A DNA stretch of 64,000 nucleotides from Octopus vulgaris (lineage: Eukaryota). This document shows, piece after piece, positions 53,650 to 64,000 of this stretch (position 1 is its first letter; each line of letters begins with the position of its first letter). The position numbers and the translations under genes were made by a program. Location: positions 10,912,001 to 10,976,000 of the forward strand of contig OX597819.1 in the NCBI GenBank assembly GCA_951406725.2, in the 5' to 3' direction. The notes beneath the pieces are model-generated. The model worked only from the letters and a program-made list of their open reading frames with translations. It was not told where the DNA came from and searched no databases.

Positions 53650-55430
53650 TATTATCAAAAGTATTTAGTTTTATTAGTATAAAGAGTATGGTTGTTTTCC
53701 AAACAATTGATTTTTGTATAAATATCTTAATAACCACAGATCTTTGCTCTGCACAAACTGATTTTAATTTCTGTGCTTCATTATATGTGTTTACTAGGTC
53801 ACACCGAATTTCCTACAAATGAAGTAATGAAGGTTGGTTTGTAGATGTTCTTCCATAATATTTTTACGTTTAACAGTTCTTGAAAAAAACTGTGAAAATT
53901 TCACTAACATACTCTTAGAATTTCTTGTAGCAAGTACTTCATAGTAGCTGAGTAAAGGGTAAAGACCCCCTTCGGTCATGAATGACCATGGGATTGCACC
54001 TAGAAAGTTACCCTCCTAGACACAAGTCAGGGCAAGGTTGTTTATGGAAGATCAGCAGTCACCCATGCATACCAGCCTCCCCTCTCCACGCCACCAGTGT
54101 TGTCCAAGGGAAAGACAAAGGTCGATACAGCTTGGCACCTGTGATGTCGCAACTCATTTCTACAGCTGAGTGAACTGGAGCAACGTGAAATAAAGTGCCT
54201 TGCTCGAGAACACAACACGCAGCCCGGTCCGGGATTCGAGCTCACAACCTCACGATCGTAAGCTCGACGCTCTAACCACTGAGCCATGCGCCTTCACTGA
54301 GTGGCTGTACACAAAATACTTCACTTTTAGTTTGGATTCTTTTCTGAATCCTATTATTTCACAATTTATAGTAGAGCAACCAGTGCATCCTTGTCAACAT
54401 AATCTGTGAGTTACTATGTTCCAGTCTTTGAACTTTTCTGTTATTGCATTTGTTACAGTTTCACCATTTGTGTGGACAGCTTCCACTATTTTCAGAAAAG
54501 TTCATCAACATTTTTCTTTATTGTCAACATAACAGACATAGATAATGAGTTGTGATTGACTTTATTTCTTCAGTGCAAAAATGGATTATTTTATTTTGCA
54601 CTTGTGGTGACAAATAAATAGCTTCTTTGTTCATTTAACCATTTCTTCAAATGCTTTTACTGCAATAGGTGAAGAATCAGCTTTCCACTCAATGAATTAC
54701 TGAAAGCTACCCAAATCCTTTTGTTCCTCAATGGCATATTACTTTTGACCAGATGTAATAATTTCATCAAGTATTGAAATCATCATTTCATGGGTTTTTT
54801 TGTTAAACGTATGAAGTTTTCAATTTTTCATGAATAATGCTTTTTTCATCAGCTTAATGAAGAATTTGCACATTATAATCATCTTTGATTTCATGTTTCA
54901 TACTTTTTTTATGCATGTTTATCACCTAAAGCATGTTTCCAATCACAAAAGAAACATTTACAAATTCAGTAGCAGCCATTAAATGATTATGACAGGTGAC
55001 ATTAAATGCTCCATCAACTTTTGGGGAATAAATATCTTAACCACAGGAACTCAATTTCCCATGCCTGCAAATATCTTCACTAAATGCTATTCTTCAGAAA
55101 CAAAAAGTTGTTTGGAAGACGATAAGTGTTTGACAATTATGAGATTCTGACATATCCATTGATTACATTTATTTTAGAATAACGACTGAAGAAAATAAGA
55201 TTTTTGCCATTTAAATTTAGGAGTGGATTCTTTGTCCCCATTCAAATTGTTATCAGCAGGTTCTACATATGAAGATACATAGTTGTCATTATCAGTGGTA
55301 CATCTCAGAAAAAGAGTTTTCATTAGTAGAAACATTGTCAGGGAGAAGATTTATGAAGGAAATACCAGAAAAACATGTTGTAGTACAAACATGATACTTT
55401 TTGATACTTTCACTATCTAACCTTTGCCAT
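53650..55430 (-). mobile_element. Second decayed hAT transposase
   Basis: Broken frames AWEIEFLWLRY, YSPKVDGAF, DWKHAL, MPLR, LSPQVQNKII, QLIIYVCYVD; boundaries approximate. Confidence 0.7.
53954..54296 (-). mobile_element. SINE family B
   Basis: Match to 1230-1567; TSD CTGAGT. Confidence 0.9.
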
Positions 55431-56574
55431 CTGATTCTCAGCTGAGGATAATTTTTTACTGCAAAAACAAATATATAACTTATCAGTAATGGATTTGAAG
55501 AAGTTATTTATTGGTTTTCTTAGAAAATAGTGGATGGATTTAATATTTGATGACTTGTTGCCACCATCTAGTTGGAACACAATATTTTTGTATTATGATG
55601 TTTTTGTTATATTTATATTGGCTATGCATTTATATTGGCTATAGAGCTGTTTCATGTTGATTATCTGCTACTCTGACCAGTTCCCAAACAAAAATTCCAT
55701 AAACATATGAGGATTATTTTTCTCTTTCTTTTGAAATATTCTACTATAGTCTATAGTAGCAATTTGCCACTTTAGAAAATTAACCCAAATGTTATTTAAT
55801 CTACCAATTCTATTGTATCCATAATAAAATTTTAAAATGCCATTATAAAAAAATATATATGCCAAAAAAGGTAATTGTACTAACGTCCATTTTCAGCATT
55901 GAATATATTTAGTTTTTATTTAGGGAATAAAATTACCATAAAATCTATTGGTAATTTACTGAATGAAGAGATTTTGACAAAATATGAGCAATATATATTC
56001 AACTTCAAAGTATATTTTAACAACAAAACAGATATATAACATAAACATACATAAATTCAAACATCATGCTGCTTTATTGTAGCTAACATAGTCTTCAAAT
56101 AATAATGAATTATTAGGGGCAAAATATTTGTATCTGCATATTTTTAGAATGGTAAAGATGTGAGGCTAGTAATATTTGTCAAAAATAGAATAGTAAAGAA
56201 TTGTTATGAGCAAAGCACTTGTTGCTGCCATCTAGATTATCTTTGAAACTGTAATAACTGATGATAACATTGCTTGGCGTGACATTGGACATAACACTTT
56301 CTTGCACTACTTGATGTGAGTGTGAACTTGGCTGGATATTTTCAATATCTTAATAAACTGAACTGTCCCTGATGGCCCAGTTGTTTACCTTACCTTATAT
56401 TCATTGTTGCATATAACTGTCAATTTCAATAGCTTCTCTTTCTCTAGATTCTACTTACAGTAAATCCTTTTTCTCTTATACTTTCTTCTTATCCAGCAAC
56501 ATTTCCAAGACTGTTTCTTCTCGGTTTCAGTGAAAATAAGTGAACCACTATCATTGCATAATATTTTTCATAAA

Positions 56575-57773
56575 TAACGGGGGGGGGGGGGTTACTGTAG
56601 CTTTTTACGTTCTGAGATTTAATAATAAATTTTTAGAGAGTGATTTCCCTTATATATGCCAAAAATGCATTAAAAATGGGAAAAATTGATGGTAATTTTT
56701 TTTTAAATCGTAGACTCATCGTAGATGCGCGCTAATACCCAGAAGGGCTCGATATGAATCACGACTATAAGATACCCGGTTTTGGTTAAACTGCACCGCA
56801 AAATGTGGGAGTAGTTAGGAATCTAAATCGTAGGAGACAGACACACAACTTCACTTTTATATATAAACTAGCAGTATCGCCCGGCGTTGCTCGGGTTTGT
56901 AAGGGAAATAACTATATAAGCATTTTTAGTGAGTTATAGCAAAAAAATAGCAAAAAAATGCATTAAAAATGGAATAAAAAAATGATGGTAATTTTTTTTT
57001 AAATCGTTGACTCATCGTAGACATTTTTAGAGAGTTACTTCCCTTATATAATTGCGAAAAAATGCATTAAAATGGAAAAAATGATGTAAATTTTTTTTAA
57101 ATCATAGACTCATCGTAGACACGTGCTAATACCCAGAAGGGCTCGATATGAATCACGACTATAAGATACCCGGTTTTGGTTAAACTGCACCGCAAAATGT
57201 GGGAGTAGTTAGGAATCTAAATCGTAGGAGACAGACAACCAACTTCACTTTTATATATAAAGATTTGTGCAACAACTAAAACATTCGGTTGTGCAAATTG
57301 TTTGCACAGGAAACCTGCCCTGTGTGTGGCGGTTTTTGCCGTTTTTGTGGATCTGTTTCAGCTTTTTTAGCGATTTCTGTTTTGGCGACTTCAAGCCATG
57401 AAGTCGTTGTTCTAAAAGAACGCTGGTCTCCTTGACAACGCTTTACGACGTTGATTTCCTTACACTCCCTTCCTCACAGCTTCACGAGGGAGGGAAGAAG
57501 GGGGAGAAGCAACACAGGTGCAGGTTTGAGCCAGGACGCCAACTCCGCCGCCATCGACACACGAAAAAATTGGAAGCAATGGAAAAAAATTATGTTAAAT
57601 TATTTTTAAAATCGTAGACTCATCGTAGACGCGCGCTAATACCCAGACGCGCTGGATATGAATCACGACTATAAGATACCTGGCTTTGGTTAAACTGCAC
57701 CGCAAAATGTGGGAGTAGTTACGAATCTAAATCGTAGGAGACAGACACACAACTTCTCTTTTATAGATAAAGA
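56575..57773 (-). mobile_element. Cluster of three related Helitrons (56575-56867 partial, 56868-57263 full, 57265-57773 variant)
   Basis: Three copies of the 5' end ..GTCTGTCTCCTACGATTTAGATT; CTAG at 56868-56871. Confidence 0.88.
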
Positions 57774-57972
57774 TATCTTGATTCATACTGTCACACAGCT
57801 TATCAATCTGAAACTACTTAGGCCTTTGATATTTTCATTGTCAAACACATGCAAATCATTTATTTTCAGATTCCCAAACTGCTTCAAATACCAGAATTTA
57901 GCTAATTTTGTTTCTTCTTCCCCTTTTCTACCAATCTTTCGGATTTCTCTTTTGGATTGTATGGTTATATCT

Positions 57973-58359
57973 GGGAAGCACTCCGTCGGTTACGACGACG
58001 AGGGTTCCGGTTGATCCGAATCAACGGAACAGCCTGCTCGTGAAATTAATGTGCAAGTGGCTGAGCACTCCACAGACACGTGTACCCTTAACGTAATTCT
58101 CAGGGATATTCAGCATGACACAGTGTGTGACAAGGCCGGCCCTTTGAAATACAGCTACAACAGAAACAGGAAGTAAAAGTGAGAGAAAGTTGTGGTGAAA
58201 GAGTACAGCAGGGATCACCACCATCCCCTGCCGGAGCCTCGTGGAACTTTAGGTGTTTTCGCTCAATAAACACTCACAACGCCCGGTCTGGGAATCGAAA
58301 CCGCGATCCTATGACCGCGAGTCCGCTGCCCTAACCACTGGGCCATTGCGTCTCTACCG
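57973..58359 (-). mobile_element. SINE family C
   Basis: 24-bp TSD CTTTTGGATTGTATGGTTATATCT at 57949-57972 and 58360-58383. Confidence 0.92.
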
Positions 58360-58523
58360 CTTTTGGATTGTATGGTTATATCTACTCAACTATTCTACCA
58401 TCATATCACTTGATCTTGATGGAATCTTGTTCCTTCTCCAGATCTAAGCTGTGGATCACACCAGGTTGTCTCACAGATGTCTTCTATGTTATAAGGTTGT
58501 AACTCTTCTTCTTTGTCATCATA

Positions 58524-58935
58524 TACTCTTTACTCTTTTACTCTTTTACTTGTTTCAGTCATTTGACTGCGGCCATGCTGGAGCACCGCCTTTAGTCGAG
58601 CAACTCAACCCCGGGACTTATTCTTTTTGTAAGCCCAGTACTTATTCTATCGGTCTCTTTTTGCCGAACCGCTAAGTGACGGAGACATAAACACACCAGC
58701 ATCGGTTGTCAAGCAATGCTAGGGAGACAAACACAGACACACAAACACACACACACATATATATATACATATATATGACAGGCTTCTTTCAGTTTCCGTC
58801 TACCAAATCCACTCACAAGGCATTGGTCGGCCCGAGGCTATAGTAGAAGACACTTGCCCAAGGTGCCACGCAGTGGGACTGAACCCGGAACCATGTGGTT
58901 GGTTAGCAAGCTACTTACCACACAGCCACTCCTGC
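58524..58935 (-). mobile_element. SINE family A
   Basis: Near-full copy. Confidence 0.9.
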
Positions 58936-59339
58936 ATCAACTACTATTTCTTTTAACAGAGTTATCCTTCAATTTCTATAGCTTCCTTCTTCAGATTCTC
59001 ATGTCAAAGTTTTCTCTTACTATGATATCATTAATCACTAGTCTGTATTGAGTGGCGCATCCTTTACTGTGAAAGGAATTAGTATTCCTGACCAGTTGTT
59101 TATGCATTTGCTGGTGAGTAAAAACTCTATTTGTCCTGCATGTTTGTGGCCATGTTTTTGAAGTTAATGTTGCAAATTACTACATAGTTAGCATCATAGA
59201 ACTCCAAAAGACTTGATCACTATTCATTTCTTGTAGCATATCTGTAGATTCGATGTATACAGGAGGAGCCATCATGGTATTTGGTAACACTATGATGGCT
59301 ACTTCAGAATCTAGCTTCTTTTAGTTACCTAATATTACT

Positions 59340-59703
59340 CTCTTTTACTCTTTTACTCGTTTCAGTCATTTGACTGCGGCCATGCTGGAGCATCGCCTTT
59401 AGTCGAGAAAATCAACCCCGGGACTTATTCTTTGTAAGCCCAGTACTTATTCTATCGGTCTCTTTTGCCGAACCGCTAAGTGACGGGGGACGTAAGCACA
59501 CCAGCATCGGTTGTCAAGCAATGCCAAGGGGACAAACACACGACAGGCTTCTTTCAGTTTCCGTCTACCGAATCCACTCACAAGGCATTGGTCGGCCCGG
59601 GGCTATAGCAGAAGACACTTGCCCAAGATGCCACGCAGTGGGACTGAACCCGGAACCATGTGGTTGGTTAGCAAACTACTTACCACACAGCCACTCCTGC
59701 GCC
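59340..59703 (-). mobile_element. SINE family A lacking the internal microsatellite
   Basis: TSD TATTACT. Confidence 0.9.
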
Positions 59704-59978
59704 TATTACTATTTGTTTCCTTTTTTACTAATCTTTCAGATATCTCTCTTGGATTGAATGGCTATGTCTACGTTACCCTTACACCACCATAACACATGGT
59801 CTAGATGGAATCTTACCCCTTCAACTGACCTTGACTGTGAAGTGTGGTAGTGAAATAACTGTATATATGCTATACAAATATGTCACAATCTGACTGACAT
59901 CTGTTGTTTTGTCGTTTGTCTATCCTTTTATAGACATATATGTATACATACATATGCATACACACATATATATATATA

Positions 59979-60267
59979 CATCATCATCATCATCATCATT
60001 GTTTAACGTCCGTTTTCCGCGCTAGCACGGGTTGGACGGTTCGACCGGGTCTGGGAAGCCAGGGGCTGCACCAGGCTCCAGTCTGATCTTGCAGAGTTTC
60101 TACAGCTGGATGCCCTTCCTAACGCCAACCACTCCGCGAGTGTAGTGGGTGCTTTTTACGTGCCACCTGCACAGGTGCCAGGGGGGGTGCGGCATCGGCC
60201 ACGATCGGTTGGAGCTTTTAACGAGCCACCGGCACAGAAGCCAGCCAAGGCGGCGCTGGCAACGGCC
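59979..60267 (-). mobile_element. Family E 3' fragment
   Basis: (ATG)n tail, Meta-like domain, two repeat units. Confidence 0.85.
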
Positions 60268-60282
60268 AAAAAAAGTCCCACT

Positions 60283-60355
60283 AGGTTCCAGCGAGTTTCG
60301 AACTCACGACCTTCTGCGTGGTAAGCAGATGTGATAACCACTACACCATGGAACC
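60283..60355 (-). tRNA. tRNA or tRNA retrocopy: Val(TAC)-like body, anticodon ACC (Gly)
   Basis: GGTTCCA/TGGAACC acceptor stem, D arm GTGTAGTGGTTATCAC, TCTGC-TTACCAC-GCAGA anticodon arm, GTGAG-TTCGAAA-CTCGC T arm; T7 run 9 nt downstream. Confidence 0.88.
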
Positions 60356-60371
60356 TTGACATATATATATA

Positions 60372-60500
60372 TTATCACCTCTGCCTTAGCAAAGGCAGAG
60401 GTATTGTTATCAGCTGTGTTTGCTTGTTTGTCTGTGGACAAGATATCTCAAGAACTTCAGAATGGATTCAGATGAAACTTTCAGGGATGATTGACCTTGT
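60372..60500 (+). mobile_element. Helentron-associated (HINE/DINE-like) 5' fragment
   Basis: Hairpin ACCTCTGCCTT-AGCA-AAGGCAGAGGT followed by GTTT/GTCT repeats. Confidence 0.55.
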
Positions 60501-60914
60501 AATTATTTTACTAAGCCCAGTATTGTTACATTTATTGATATGCCTAAATGTAGAGTAATGATTATATATTCTTTTCGACAACTGAGATGAAGAACTACCT
60601 ATATAAAAAAGTGATGTCAGAACCAGAAGTAAGTTTACATTGATAAATAGAGGTTCTAGTCTTAGAATTACTGCTAAGAAAACGATTGTGATTGGAGTTG
60701 GCTTCAGAAACAATAACCCCACTGTTAATACTATTTAAAGAATGGTTAATGTTAACGAAATTCATGTATTTTCATTAAGTGGATTTGTATCTAACAACTT
60801 ATTATTATGCAAAGAGATGATTTGTGAAAGATTTTTTGTGTTAGAAAAAAAATCTATCCTAATTCCGTGTGACTTAATAATATATTTACACATTCATAAT
60901 ATATATACACATAA

Positions 60915-61277
60915 TACAAGATAAGAAAATGGAGAAATACATCTAAATCAAATATCAATTACACGATAATACTCAATCACATACTTATTAAACCACCACA
61001 TAAGAGACTGTAGGGTTACATATAAAAAGCAGAACAAATCAGTGTACATACAGTAATGTGTACATAAAAAAGTGTACATAAAAGAGTAATGATGTATAAT
61101 AAGTAGAATATATATAAAAAAGAGAATATAAATATAAGTAAATATAAATATAAGTATAGATTACACCTTACAGCTGTTTCGGCCATGTAGATAAGTATGT
61201 CTCATTTTACCAATATTAGCCTTTTATGGTAGGTCAATGTATAGATATAAATGAGACATTTACAAAAATATCATAAG
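60915..61277 (-). mobile_element. PLE-type terminal repeat, copy of about 30541-30883, truncated inside the hammerhead
   Basis: Close reverse-complement match; retains GGCCGAAACAGCTGTA but lacks the CTGANGA half. Confidence 0.85.
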
Positions 61278-62024
61278 AATATATATACACATTCATCTTA
61301 CTTGTATTATTGACATGCTAATCATTCTTGAGGTTTTCAATTTTCTTGTGGTGAAGCTAGCCATTTCCTTCCATTTCACTATTGCTTATTATTGACCTTA
61401 GCTGTTATTTCTACTCCTTTGTGGTGAAGCCAGCCACACTTTGATCACGCATGGCTGTAAGACTATAAAAACATATGGCTTTCCTCCCAAACCTTCTTTC
61501 TTACTTTGCTATTTGATACCATCATATCATGACGTGAAATGTCCAACCACTAAGCTAAAAAATTCTCTCGATTTTTAATCGTTCATCATTCTCTTCATTT
61601 ATTTAACTTGCATTACTAACATGCTAAACGATCCTGGCTTAAATTAACTTCGTAATCTTAATGCAAAGCTAGCCTGTACTTCGATTTTTCATGATGCGCC
61701 CACCTTTTCCTGTCTCCACCACCAATACTGGAAATACCTTCTCTTGTATACCAGCAATCTCTTCTCACTACCGGGAAATCACTTTCCTTTTCCCTCATAC
61801 TGAAAACTCTCGCAGAGCTCTGCCTCACATTTGCACCAGATGATCTAGATACCTCCGTCCCTCCCTCCCTTCCAAACCATCTTCCTCCTTTCTCTCACCC
61901 TCTCTCCCTCTCTTTCTCTCCCCATCACTCTTTCTCTCTCTATATATATATATATATATGTGGAAACCATGTAGGCAGATGGTAAGAAGCTTTTGTTCAT
62001 CTCGAGGCTGATAGAGGTTTCTTA

Positions 62025-62110
62025 TATTTCCTGATGAGAAGACGGCATAATGCAACCTTCATTCCTTCGGAATTAAGAATATGCTGTCTTCGAAACATAT
62101 GTCGAAAGTA
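62025..62110 (+). ncRNA. Intact type I hammerhead motif with ~54-nt helix II domain
   Basis: TTTC-CTGATGA-GAAGACGGCATA...TATGCTGTCTTC-GAAAC-ATAT-GTC-GAAA. Confidence 0.9.
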
Positions 62111-62156
62111 AAGGAATTTTGATAAAATCTTTGTTCGACTCCATTCTTTTCATTTA

Positions 62157-62284
<128 letters not shown>

Positions 62285-62731
62285 TGAATAAAAAATGGAG
62301 TTAACGCAGGTTTAAACAAGTATTTTTACTTTCTACATATAGCGATACATTCAACGTAAACACGAAGTTTCAACCTTTATAAACAAGGAGTTACAACATC
62401 TTTACTTGTGAGATTTTTGCTGCCCTGGTAACTATTTATTTATTTATCTGTGTTAATTGTTAACAAGGTAAAAATACACTCAGCTATTTATATATATAAA
62501 TATATATAATTAAAAAGTAATGTAATAATACATTACAAAGTATATATCATAAACAATTATTTATTAAAGTGACGGTATGTTGTCAACTTAATGTGACAGT
62601 CCCATGAAAGGGAAGAATGCTACTGCTATTTAGCCCTAGGAAACACCATTTCCTGTTGGCCTTGACACATTTCCTGTGTCCTTATGTTTTCAAAGGGGAG
62701 ATAAGCACTTCCACCCAGCAAAGCCAGCAAG

Positions 62732-62770
62732 CAGAGACTAGTTTCAGAGTCATTGCTCATCATCAGTCTG
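62732..62770 (-). ncRNA. Minimal type I hammerhead motif
   Basis: CAGA-CTGATGA-TGAGCAATGACTCT-GAAAC-TA-GTC-TCTG. Confidence 0.75.
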
Positions 62771-63024
62771 GAGTAGCATGGCTTGCTAGCTGCTGATGTC
62801 TATTTGCCTTTGAAAACATATATATTTCAAGTGAAATACTTTCACTGATTTCAAAAATAGAAGTTTCATATTATAATTAAGAGGGTTTCAAAAACCCTGA
62901 CATATTTAGAAATAACAATCAAAAACCACTATAAAGCCACTATTATCACTCATTATATCTCTTCATAATAAATGCTGTCTTCAGACGACATGACATAAAA
63001 TCCACAACTTACAAATAGAAGGTT

Positions 63025-63090
63025 AATTCTGTATTGCAACTTCGATGTTAGGAACCTATTAAGGGTCCCATTCGTCTCTTCAGGAGAATA
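63025..63090 (-). ncRNA. Decayed hammerhead motif
   Basis: ATTCTC-CTGAAGA-GA..TGGGACC..GGTTCCTA..TC-GAAGT-TGCA-ATA-CAGAAT. Confidence 0.5.
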
Positions 63091-63469
63091 TTCCTATAGA
63101 TAGAAATTGATACAAGACCTTACCTTGGAGCTTACATGTATCTTGACCAGCAAGTAGTGTTCTTTGTGCAACATGTGGTCAAGTATTGTCTTGCAAGAGA
63201 ATTGGCTTGTCTCTATTGACCAATCTTAGTTGTTTAATTGCAAGTTCACTCATCTTTTCATCCAATTGGCTGATGTATGCATCCGCTGTAATTGACTTAC
63301 CAGGTCTCATGAAGCTATAGTGGATGACACGAGTGCTGGTCTACCAAACAGACACCATTAGCTTTTTGGGATTGTGTTTTGGCACTTTGTATCTATCCAA
63401 CCACCATGCAGAACCCTTGTTGAAAAGAATTCGTTTTTCATTACACGTAACAATGCATTGCAAAAATGG

Positions 63470-63800
63470 TTTGCTTTTATGCCGTGGGCACATAAAAAAA
63501 CACCACCCGAGCGTGGCTGTTTGCTAGCCTCGTCTGGCACCTCTGTTGGTGGCACATAAAAAACATCATCCGAGCGTGGCCATTCGCCAGCCTCGTCTGA
63601 CACCTGTGTCGGTGGCACATAAAAAGCACCCACTACACTCACGGAGTGGTTGGTGTTAGGAAGGGCATCCAGCTGTAGAAACACTGCCAGATCTGACTGG
63701 CCTGGTGCAGACTTCGGGCTTCCCAGACCCCAGTTGAATCGTCCAACCCATGCTAGCATGGAAAGCGGACGTTAAACGATGATGATGATGATGATGATGA
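63470..63800 (+). mobile_element. Family E 3' fragment
   Basis: Repeat units, Meta-like domain, GGACGTTAAACG(ATG)n tail. Confidence 0.85.
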
Positions 63801-64000
63801 CAGCAAAGAACAGCAAGTTTCAAGACAATGTATCATTTGATGCTCATTCAGTTTGTGTAGCACCCAATTGTCCAGCTTCTTTATCTTACCAATTTGTTTC
63901 AGATGGTTCAATACAGTTGGAATCGAAACATCAAACTTTGCTGCTAACTCACAAGTAAGCGAACCATCTGATCGTGGCCGTTGCCAGCACCGCCCCGACT

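Overview
AT-rich eukaryotic non-coding DNA, dense in (AT)n/(CA)n microsatellites. I found no host protein-coding exon I can support. The repeat families resemble those I recall from coleoid cephalopods (Octopus); that assignment is an inference. The window is a nest of mobile elements: four tRNA-derived SINE families, 3' ends and fragments of RTE LINEs, R4/Dong- and HERO-type RLE retrotransposon remnants, several Penelope-like element (PLE) remnants, two decayed hAT transposons, a decayed mariner, TTAA-type MITEs, non-autonomous Helitrons and two large palindromes. Most provided ORFs are microsatellite or SINE artefacts. Best observations: (1) at least 7 intact or near-intact and about 7 decayed type I hammerhead ribozyme motifs from unrelated sequence families, five of them with a 54-109 nt helix II domain, clustered at (AT)n tracts; (2) a full cloverleaf tRNA with a Val-type body but an ACC (Gly) anticodon, fused through its 3' trailer and T7 run to an RTE-type 3' end within one apparent TSD pair; (3) a 2.4 kb GATA-rich satellite apparently born from the junction of a 57-bp duplication inside a dead LINE; (4) short-range templated insertions; (5) a decayed tetrapeptide-repeat reading frame. 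All structures were read by eye and need computational confirmation.
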